The notes under the pieces were generated by a model that saw only the letters and a list, made by a program, of their open reading frames with translations, did not search any database and was not told where the DNA came from. The position numbers and the translations under genes are program-made. This document shows, in pieces, positions 48,957 through 56,644 of a stretch of DNA of 64,000 bases. The DNA comes from Fibrobacterota bacterium (lineage in GTDB: Bacteria; Fibrobacterota; Fibrobacteria; UBA11236): NCBI GenBank assembly GCA_947482115.1, contig CANKII010000004.1:133304-197303 (forward strand), given 5' to 3'. Every line of letters begins with the position of its first letter. Positions within the stretch are counted from its first letter, which is position 1.

Positions 48957-50210
48957 TTATGGCTCTCCGTTTTGATGAGTTTCCGGCGGCATACCCATGG
49001 CCGCTTCCAATTCCAAGTGACTGTCGGCCCATTGATTCAGGGTCGCGTAATAATCCGTCAAGGCATCGAAGTAGGCGCGTCTGGTTTCGAGATAAATGAG
49101 AAGTGTGGTTTCGTTCCGGCCGTAAACTTTCTCGGCACGAGTCAGGATGCTTTTCGACCCCTCCATGAATTCCGGAGTGTATAAGGCCCGTTGTTCCTCA
49201 GCCAAGCGCACTTTATCCATTGCTGTCCGAACCGAAAGGATGATTTCCTGTTTTAACTTTTCCAACTCGGCTTGAGCGGAACGTTGTTGCGCCGTCGCCG
49301 CCTGAACATCTCCCTTGCCCCTGTTCCAAACCGGAAGCGGAACGGAAAAATTGAGGCCGTAAACTTGCTCGTTATCCGTGTATTCAAGAGAAGGGCTCAG
49401 GGTCAAATCGGGTTTGTGACTGAGCTTTGCGGCTTCAATGTTTTTCCCGGCCAACTCCATTTGCAGAGTTTGGGCTTTGATGCTGGAATTGCGCACCAAC
49501 GCCAATGCAACGGGATCAGCTTTGAAGGAAGAAAACAAAATGCTGTCCAGTTTCCCCTCCACTTCAAAAATGGTGTCGGCGGGAATACCCATGAGGCCCG
49601 CCAATCGCAATTTGGAAATTCGAGCCTCTCCCAAGGCTTGTCCCAAACCCTTCCGCGCGATAATCAAATCCGACTGGGCTTTTAACAATTCAAAGTCAGA
49701 GGCGTACCCAGCTTCCACACGTTTATGTGCGCTTTGCAGAAAGGTTTGTGCGGATTGGACTTCTTCTGTGCGCAACAGCGCGATTTGTTTTGCCGCCAGA
49801 GCTTGGAAATAATTTCGGCGGACCTTGATGAGAAGTTGCTGTCTAAAGCCCTCCAAGGCAATTTGCCTCAACCGGATATTCCCTTCCGATAGAAAAACCC
49901 GAAGCGTACGCTTGCCCGGAAATTCCAGAGTTTGCGAGATTTCCAGATTCCCATGAAAACGGGATTGGGAAGCACCCGCATCGGAAGTGTGCTTCACTCC
50001 GGGTCCTATGCTGAGATCGGGATTCGGTAAAGCTCCGGCGCTAATCCTATCCCCTTCGGCGGAAGCGATGTCTGCTTGCAGCACTTGCAGACCCGGATGA
50101 TTTTGAAGCGCGTTATTCACAGCCTCATCCAAGGTCAAGCTATGAACGGACAGAACCATCATGGAAAATGCACATAAGAACAAAGACGAACGCATGAATT
50201 CTTCCTCCAT
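48957..50210 (-). CDS. outer membrane efflux protein (TolC/CzcC family)
   Basis: Signal peptide and two OEP repeats. Confidence 0.8.
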   Translation of the reverse strand: MEEEFMRSSLFLCAFSMMVLSVHSLTLDEAVNNALQNHPGLQVLQADIASAEGDRISAGALPNPDLSIGPGVKHTSDAGASQSRFHGNLEISQTLEFPGKRTLRVFLSEGNIRLRQIALEGFRQQLLIKVRRNYFQALAAKQIALLRTEEVQSAQTFLQSAHKRVEAGYASDFELLKAQSDLIIARKGLGQALGEARISKLRLAGLMGIPADTIFEVEGKLDSILFSSFKADPVALALVRNSSIKAQTLQMELAGKNIEAAKLSHKPDLTLSPSLEYTDNEQVYGLNFSVPLPVWNRGKGDVQAATAQQRSAQAELEKLKQEIILSVRTAMDKVRLAEEQRALYTPEFMEGSKSILTRAEKVYGRNETTLLIYLETRRAYFDALTDYYATLNQWADSHLELEAAMGMPPETHQNGEP

Positions 50211-50314
50211 AGCCCGGATTGATCAACATCAGTCTCGGGAGACAATGTGTGAGATGAAAACGCCCTAAACCGGCGAATCCAATCGCCAGTCATTAGGGAA
50301 ATGGAGGAGGAGGT

Positions 50315-50734
50315 TTAAACCAGAATAACGATGATGCGGCGAGACACGGCAATCCTTTCCCCTAAAGACGGGGAGGAATGGAATGCAAATGTTCTCGACG
50401 GGAGAAAGAGAGTGGGAAGAACATGCATCAGATTCAGTGAAGGAGTATGAAAAATTTGAAATGCAAATGTTTTTTGCGGAATCGGAATGTTGGGTGCAGG
50501 TTGAGTGATAACCAAATCGGTACACTGGGCACAGTGAGCCACGGCACCAAGGCTGACATTTTGCCCGGCATTTATGGGCGGTGCACACTTGCCCCCATCG
50601 GCTATTTCAAGTGAGACATGTCCATCTCGTTCAAAACAAATGACAGTATTGGAAAGCACCCTGAAATCCACTGTGGAAAAAAGACAGAGCCAAACAACAA
50701 GACAGAGTTTGGAGGTTTGAATTAGGCGCTTCAT
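50315..50734 (-). CDS. small secreted hypothetical protein upstream of the RND operon
   Basis: Signal peptide MKRLIQTSKLCLVVWLCLFS, with Cys/His residues (CAPPINAGQNVSLGAVAHCAQC). An alternative-frame 107-aa ORF overlaps it. Confidence 0.35.
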   Translation of the reverse strand: MKRLIQTSKLCLVVWLCLFSTVDFRVLSNTVICFERDGHVSLEIADGGKCAPPINAGQNVSLGAVAHCAQCTDLVITQPAPNIPIPQKTFAFQIFHTPSLNLMHVLPTLFLPSRTFAFHSSPSLGERIAVSRRIIVILV

Positions 50735-50805
50735 AGGATTGCGTGAATTGTACTAAGTCGCCAAATGAAAAGCCAACACCTCATAAATTTCAAAAAGGCC
50801 CCTGC

Positions 50806-52164
50806 TTATTTTCCGATGCAGAAGCCAGAAAAAAGCCGGTGGAGTACGTCATCCGCGGCGATTTCACCCAGCAATTCCCTCAAGGCCAGACAGCCCTCGC
50901 GAATTTCAAATGCCAGAATTTCCACAGCGGGATGATTTTCAAGATTGGCTTCGGCGGCCAGCAAGCGGCCCAAAGCGCGTTCCAAAGCTTGCCTTTGCCT
51001 TTCTGTCGTCGCCACAGCATCCTCGGTTTCAATATTGGATGAAGGAAGATGTTTCTCGATTTCGCGAAGCAACACATCCAATCCTTCTTCCGTCTTACTC
51101 GACACAGAAAGAAATCCATCACGCGAGACAAAACCCGGAAGATCTTGTTTTGTTAGGACATAGAGATCCCCCGAACCCCCAGAGGGGGCCCCCTCTGGGG
51201 GTTCGGGGGAAGACATCGTACCGTCTACAACACAAATTTTAATGTCCGCCTCGGAGAGTTGGGATCGTGTGCGATCCATCGCCAGCGCATCCACCGCATC
51301 GACGGGTTTTCCCAATCCCGCCGTATCGACAAAATGAACCAAGCCACCCGCGAGACGCAAGGGAACTTCAACGAAGTCACGCGTAGTCCCCGCAACTTCA
51401 GAAACCAGAAGTCGGTCGCGACCCACCAGAGCATTGATGAGGCTCGACTTCCCCGCATTCGGTGCGCCAAAAAAAACCAGCCGGGGCGCATGCCGCCAGG
51501 ATTGGCCGCGTTCAAAACCCAGCAACATTTTTTCCACATCATTTCGAATGGCCACGATGCGGGGTTTCCACGAAGCATAATCCGGATCGGCTTCTTCCTC
51601 CGCAAAATCCACATCCAGTTCCAGTCGCGCGGAAAGATCGATTAAGCTGTTGCGCAAGCTCCGCAACTTTTCCGAAAGCTCCCCGCGCAACAGGCGTTGC
51701 GCATTACGCAGACCCGCACGCGTTTGCGCATGAATGATTTCCCCCACGGCTTCGGCCTGGACCAAATCGATTTTCCCAGCCTCAAAGGCACGCCGCGTAA
51801 ACTCGCCTGGTTCCGCGAGACGAACGCCGGGGACCTGTAAAAGGCCACGAAGAATCGATTCTACCAAAAGCGGATTGCCGTGCGGGAAAATCTCAAGCGC
51901 ATCTTCACCCGTAGGAGAATGAGCTTCGGGAAGAAAATGAAAGGTGAGTTGATCGAGGGTCTCACCACTTGTGGGATCACAAAATGCAGCGGAGTGGAGA
52001 AAACGCGGTTTCCATTCCATGCGATTGAGGCATTGTCTCACGACATCCGCACAAGCGGGGCCGGAGACTCGCACCACGGCCAGCCCGGAAATTCCGGGAG
52101 GCGTGGACGAAGCGGCGATGGTGTCGCCGACGATGCCCTGAGCCCGCCGAAGGGTCATGGACAT
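50806..52164 (-). CDS. mnmE: tRNA modification GTPase MnmE
   Basis: G-domain FFGAPNAGKSSLINAL...DTAGL, and a C-terminal CIGK. It contains an in-frame palindromic insertion. The start is probably MSMTLRR. Confidence 0.9.
   Translation of the reverse strand: MSMTLRRAQGIVGDTIAASSTPPGISGLAVVRVSGPACADVVRQCLNRMEWKPRFLHSAAFCDPTSGETLDQLTFHFLPEAHSPTGEDALEIFPHGNPLLVESILRGLLQVPGVRLAEPGEFTRRAFEAGKIDLVQAEAVGEIIHAQTRAGLRNAQRLLRGELSEKLRSLRNSLIDLSARLELDVDFAEEEADPDYASWKPRIVAIRNDVEKMLLGFERGQSWRHAPRLVFFGAPNAGKSSLINALVGRDRLLVSEVAGTTRDFVEVPLRLAGGLVHFVDTAGLGKPVDAVDALAMDRTRSQLSEADIKICVVDGTMSSPEPPEGAPSGGSGDLYVLTKQDLPGFVSRDGFLSVSSKTEEGLDVLLREIEKHLPSSNIETEDAVATTERQRQALERALGRLLAAEANLENHPAVEILAFEIREGCLALRELLGEIAADDVLHRLFSGFCIGK
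51167..51210. repeat. perfect 44-bp GC-rich palindrome embedded in-frame in mnmE
   Basis: tcccccgaacccccagaggggg | ccccctctgggggttcggggga, encoding ...SSPEPPEGAPSGGSG... Confidence 0.8.
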
Positions 52165-52165
52165 T

Positions 52166-53902
52166 CTATGCCTTGGCGAGCTTTGTGTTGTTGGAAGGTT
52201 TCGGCGTAAAGATCTTCGTTTGCGCAATGGTGAAGATGTTCGACACCGTCCAGTAAACCACAAGACCCGACGGGAAGGAACCCGAGAAGACGAACATCAT
52301 GATTGGCATCAGCCAAACCATCATCTTTTGATTCGGATCCTTGATGGTCATTTTCATTTGAATCCACATGGTACCCGCCATGAAAATCGGCAGCACGGTA
52401 AGGCCCACGGGGAAAAAGAACGGCACCTTGACTGAAGCCATGATCACGTCAGGCAAAGACAAATCGCGTATCCAGCCGACAAACGGGGCGTCATGCAATT
52501 CCACGGCTCGACCCAGCACATTGAACAGTGAAATGAATACGGGCATTTGCAACAAAGCAGGCAGGCAACCCATGACCGGAGCCAGCGGATTGATGCCCTG
52601 CGTTTTGTAATACGCCATCATTTCCATTTGCATTTTCTGCCGCTCGCCCTTGTACTTCTCCTGAATTTTCTTGATCTCGGGCTGATGCTGGGCCATCTTC
52701 GCGGCCTGCCGCGTTTGACTGATGGACAACGGCAAGGTGATGATGCGAACGATGAGCGTCAGAAGGATGATCGCGATTCCATAATTGGGGATCCAGCGGT
52801 AAAAAAAGTTGAGCGTCGCGAGTACGAGGCCGCACAACTTCACATACCACAAGTCCGCACGAAAAAACCACTCCCAACCCGAGAAAAGGATTTGCTCGTA
52901 ATTTCGGCCCATGGTTTTGATGTTGCTGTATTGCAAGGGCAACACCACGACATCAAAATTGAGAGCGTTGTCATCCTCTCCACTGCCCGCCACACGCAGA
53001 CTGTAATGCTTGGGAGCGCTGGACTGGGCAGGATCGGAGTGGCCCACAGCCTCGACCCGGTCCTGAATGTCCTTGTGAAAGTCGAGCAACACCGCGATGT
53101 ATTTGCGACGCATTCCCAACCAGCGGATGATGCCGCTTTCCGCGTTGAACGTTTTCTGACCGTCAAAAGTCGTGCGCTGGACTGCGGTGCCGTTGTCGTA
53201 AACAATCTCGCTGAAGAACCCGGACAGGAGTCCAAAGCCTTTTCCTTCCGCAAGCTTTTCTGTTTCTTCAAGACCGCCCTTCCACTCCAGCGCGTAACTG
53301 GAAACCTTGTCCGGCAAAATCGTCTCGTGACGGATCACAGCCTTGTCGGTCAGGAAGGTGTATTTGCGAACCACTTCGCCCACACCGGGTAAAGTCGTAG
53401 TGAAAGCAATGGTGATCGGTTCCGAACCCAGATGAATCACCGAGTCCTGCGTATCGGTTTTCCAAACCACGTCCGAGAGAGACTGATTGTTTAGCGTTAA
53501 GGTTAATGCACCTTCGCTTTCCGGTTTGATGAGGACAGGATTGTGAACCTTCTTCCCTTCCAAATCGGAAATGTCCAGCTCGGCAATGCGCGCGCCCTGA
53601 TTATCCAGCACGGCGGTAAAATGCGGCGTCTCCACACGGATGCGATGATGCGGCGCGGCGTTGCTGTCCTGGATCGCAACTGCAGCGGGATGCGAAGAAT
53701 CCGAATCGACTTTGGAACCCAGTGAGGTTTCTGAAACCGAATGCGTGGCCTCAGGATGTGTGGCGCGGAATTGCGCCACGGAATCGGCCTTGTGCTGCTC
53801 GACCCGTTTCTGTTCTTCCTTGACCTGATGACCCTTGTATTGGGTCCAACCCAGAAAAATGGCCATGAGCAAAGCCCAGCCCAAAAGCAAATTGCGGTTC
53901 AA
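52166..53902 (-). CDS. yidC: membrane protein insertase YidC
   Basis: 578 aa with N-terminal TM, a large periplasmic domain and a C-terminal Oxa1 core. Confidence 0.9.
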   Translation of the reverse strand: MNRNLLLGWALLMAIFLGWTQYKGHQVKEEQKRVEQHKADSVAQFRATHPEATHSVSETSLGSKVDSDSSHPAAVAIQDSNAAPHHRIRVETPHFTAVLDNQGARIAELDISDLEGKKVHNPVLIKPESEGALTLTLNNQSLSDVVWKTDTQDSVIHLGSEPITIAFTTTLPGVGEVVRKYTFLTDKAVIRHETILPDKVSSYALEWKGGLEETEKLAEGKGFGLLSGFFSEIVYDNGTAVQRTTFDGQKTFNAESGIIRWLGMRRKYIAVLLDFHKDIQDRVEAVGHSDPAQSSAPKHYSLRVAGSGEDDNALNFDVVVLPLQYSNIKTMGRNYEQILFSGWEWFFRADLWYVKLCGLVLATLNFFYRWIPNYGIAIILLTLIVRIITLPLSISQTRQAAKMAQHQPEIKKIQEKYKGERQKMQMEMMAYYKTQGINPLAPVMGCLPALLQMPVFISLFNVLGRAVELHDAPFVGWIRDLSLPDVIMASVKVPFFFPVGLTVLPIFMAGTMWIQMKMTIKDPNQKMMVWLMPIMMFVFSGSFPSGLVVYWTVSNIFTIAQTKIFTPKPSNNTKLAKA

Positions 53903-54180
53903 GCGAACCTCCTCGTGGTAAGTTGGGTGGATTGTTGTTCCGCCTCCCTTACCCCCTGCGGGGGTTTGGGGGGCGGTACCGGATCAAACCCACCGCGACA
54001 AAAAGGGTGACAACGTAAAATCCTGCGCACAGCCAATCCCATTCCGCGAAACGCTCCATGCGTTTCAACAGCTTCGGCGGCATAGCAGGAACAGGTGGGA
54101 TGAAAGCGGCAAGTACCATAGAAAAATGGCGCATGCACCGCCTGATAGAAACGGATCAGAAACAAAATCAGGAACTTCAT
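53899..54180 (-). CDS. yidD: membrane protein insertion efficiency factor YidD (with Pro-rich C-terminal extension)
   Basis: ...[46 protein letters not shown]... Confidence 0.8.
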   Translation of the reverse strand: MKFLILFLIRFYQAVHAPFFYGTCRFHPTCSCYAAEAVETHGAFRGMGLAVRRILRCHPFCRGGFDPVPPPKPPQGVREAEQQSTQLTTRRFA

Positions 54181-54548
54181 ACCGGAACTCTGCAAAGGGA
54201 TTGCAACAGCGCTTCCGCATTTTGGCGCATGGTGGTTCGCGTACTTTCCGCGGCCTTGTCGGAAACTTCAAACACCACCCAAGTGGGTTTGGTAAACGTC
54301 GACTGGATTTGACGGAAGGTCTCCCTCAGAACACGACGAATGGAGTTGCGGAAAACAGCGTCGCCTGCGCGTTTGCGAACGACAAATCCAAGGCGGCTTT
54401 CCTGAATGTCACTGGAGTGGAGGTAACGCATGGATAGGGGGAATTTCCGCACGACATTTCCTTCCGTCTTGACCCGCCGGTACATTTCCGGCGAACTCAG
54501 CCTGTAGGAGCGCAGCGGGTACTTCTGTGCGGGCCGGTCCAGGTTCAA
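54177..54548 (-). CDS. rnpA: ribonuclease P protein component
   Basis: ...[27 protein letters not shown]... It sits between rpmH and yidD. Confidence 0.8.
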   Translation of the reverse strand: MNLDRPAQKYPLRSYRLSSPEMYRRVKTEGNVVRKFPLSMRYLHSSDIQESRLGFVVRKRAGDAVFRNSIRRVLRETFRQIQSTFTKPTWVVFEVSDKAAESTRTTMRQNAEALLQSLCRVPV

Positions 54549-54566
54549 TCGGGGGGACGAAACGGG

Positions 54567-54728
54567 CTAAATGTCCTTGTGGGCCATCTCGTCACTGACC
54601 GTCAAACGATGACGACCCTTGGCACGACGGCTGGACAGAACCTTGCGGCCGTCCTTGGTTTCCATACGCGAACGAAAACCGTGTTTGTTGACGCGCTTGC
54701 GATTGCGGGGCTGGTAAGTTCTCTTCAT
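54567..54728 (-). CDS. rpmH: 50S ribosomal protein L34
   Basis: [53 protein letters not shown]. It is absent from the ORF track because it is under 60 aa. Confidence 0.85.
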   Translation of the reverse strand: MKRTYQPRNRKRVNKHGFRSRMETKDGRKVLSSRRAKGRHRLTVSDEMAHKDI

Positions 54729-54863
54729 CGTAAACAACCTTGTGGAAAGAGGGGGAGAATGTACATCCTCAACCCGTTGAAATTCAAGGGACTAAAGCCA
54801 TAATAGTGTGATAAAAACCTGAAATTTTGATAATTTGAGGTTGGATTCAATATTTCAGAACCC

Positions 54864-55415
54864 ATGAAACGACTCGCTTTTCTTGTTCTCCCCTTCCTGT
54901 GTCTTGCCCAAAACGAGAGCACATCGGTGGTTCTCCCCGAGACCAGCTCGGCTTATTGTTGCCGTACCGTCCCGAGAAACTTTTTCCCCGGGGACTTCGA
55001 TACCTCCTACGGTTTTCGTGGAATGCCATTCGGTACCTCCCGGATTCAAGTTCGGGGACTGGGACTGAAACACGCCCATGGCCGTAATTCCTGGTATCAA
55101 ATGGAAAGCGGATATCGCATTGGCAGGGCAAAGTTGAAAATGCTGGAATACGGATTTCGCGATGACAGGTTTTACGGAGTTTATGCCCTTCCCCAAGACT
55201 ACGGGGATTATGTCCTTTTAAAATCCATGATCGACAGCGTTTACGGTGCGCCCATGAACACAGACAGCAGCGAAACCAGCGTGACCTATCTGTGGAAAGT
55301 TCCTGACGTGTCCTGCAAGTTGCGACTGTATTGGGGCAATAATCGAATCGATGATAGAAGCAATGAAATGGTTTTCTCCCTCATCAGCATCCCCATAGCC
55401 CAGGATATTGAGTAA
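54864..55415 (+). CDS. secreted hypothetical protein
   Basis: Signal peptide MKRLAFLVLPFLCLAQ. No recognisable domain. Confidence 0.5.
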   Translation: MKRLAFLVLPFLCLAQNESTSVVLPETSSAYCCRTVPRNFFPGDFDTSYGFRGMPFGTSRIQVRGLGLKHAHGRNSWYQMESGYRIGRAKLKMLEYGFRDDRFYGVYALPQDYGDYVLLKSMIDSVYGAPMNTDSSETSVTYLWKVPDVSCKLRLYWGNNRIDDRSNEMVFSLISIPIAQDIE

Positions 55416-55458
55416 AAGACATTTCAAAAGACCGCTTCGATTTTGATACGTTAAGACT

Positions 55459-56331
55459 GTGGCCCTCACAAACATTTTCGACTTCGTCTTTGCGCCGTTG
55501 CTTGCCGCCATCTTTTGGGTCGCCGGTTTTCGTCGTAAAGTTTTCTGTCGCAATCTGGAATTGATGGGGTTCGAATCCAATCCGGGTATGCGACGGCTCC
55601 GATGGCGCTTGTGTTTCCACGCCTCGCGGGATCTCATCGCACTCATCCTCAATTCCGGAAAAACGCCGGCGATTTCAACCCGCGACAAAATGCGTTTGGA
55701 CGAAATGAAGGCGGGTCCGAGCTTGCTGTTGACCGCTCATTTTCACAATTGGGAATTCCTTGGCCGGGAATTGCGGCGACAGGGCATCGCTCTTTTGGCC
55801 GCAGCAAAACCGATGTACAGCGCACGGGCGGAAAAAATCCTGCAAGGATTACGGAGGCGCGCAGGCGTACCCACCGTGTCTGGAAATGTTCCCCGCACGG
55901 GATTAAAACATCTTCAGCAGGGTGGATGTTTTGCCTTGCTGTGGGATCAACACGCTCCTCAATCGGAATCGATCGGAAATTTTTTCGGCCATCCGGTGCA
56001 AATGAATCCCCTGCCGGAATTTCTTCTCGGGCATCGACCTTGCCCTGTTTATTTTGGAGTCCTTCTACCTGGAAATCATTTGCGACTCATGCCTTTGCTC
56101 TCCACCTTTGAAGGCAACTGGGAAACCAAACTCACTCAACGCTATCATCGAGTCCTCGAAATTTTGATTCGCAAACATCCGGAATATTATTACGGCTTCT
56201 TCCATGCCCGTTTCAAAAATGCCGCAATCTATCCTGGCCATCGCAGACAAGCACAGAGCGCCGCTTCCTTACTTCTCCCTCTCCCATCCTTTAAGATGGG
56301 AGAGGGTCGGGGTGAGGGCGTGAGGGCCTAA
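55459..56331 (+). CDS. lipid A biosynthesis lauroyl/myristoyl acyltransferase family (LpxL/HtrB-like)
   Basis: N-terminal TM and ...LLLTAHFHNWEFLG... (HX4D-type acyltransferase motif). Confidence 0.65.
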   Translation: MALTNIFDFVFAPLLAAIFWVAGFRRKVFCRNLELMGFESNPGMRRLRWRLCFHASRDLIALILNSGKTPAISTRDKMRLDEMKAGPSLLLTAHFHNWEFLGRELRRQGIALLAAAKPMYSARAEKILQGLRRRAGVPTVSGNVPRTGLKHLQQGGCFALLWDQHAPQSESIGNFFGHPVQMNPLPEFLLGHRPCPVYFGVLLPGNHLRLMPLLSTFEGNWETKLTQRYHRVLEILIRKHPEYYYGFFHARFKNAAIYPGHRRQAQSAASLLLPLPSFKMGEGRGEGVRA

Positions 56332-56585
56332 TGCATCCTTTCCTTCCCATCCTTTCCCTTGTACTCGTTGCCATGGGCGACGCCGCCGCATTCTTTCTGG
56401 CACGCTACGGTCACGAACCCGATGTTGCCATGCATCGGCCCGGGTTATGGGCTTTAATCCTCGTCTCCATGCTCTTCGGAGGATGGCTGGCTTGGTGGCT
56501 TCGCCGTTTTCGCATTCATTTTACGTTTTACTTCGCCTTGGCTTCCTTGATTTGGGTCATTCTGCTGGGAATTTTGTATAAATAA
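56331..56585 (+). CDS. small membrane protein (3 predicted TM helices)
   Basis: 84-aa hydrophobic ORF whose start overlaps the lpxL-like stop. Confidence 0.4.
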   Translation: MHPFLPILSLVLVAMGDAAAFFLARYGHEPDVAMHRPGLWALILVSMLFGGWLAWWLRRFRIHFTFYFALASLIWVILLGILYK

Positions 56586-56644
56586 CCCCCGAATCAGGCC
56601 GTTTCTTCCCGTCAATAACCGACACGACTTGTCGGATTGGAGCT

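Noticed and set aside
50265-50588. 107-aa minus-strand ORF (Cys-rich)
   Set aside because: It overlaps, in a different frame, the signal-peptide-bearing 139-aa ORF. It has no start context or signal peptide and is the less plausible frame.
55560-55590. GGTTCGAATCC, a tRNA T-loop-like motif
   Set aside because: It lies inside the lpxL-like CDS. The flanking sequence cannot form a T-stem (tgggg vs ccaat) or the rest of a cloverleaf.
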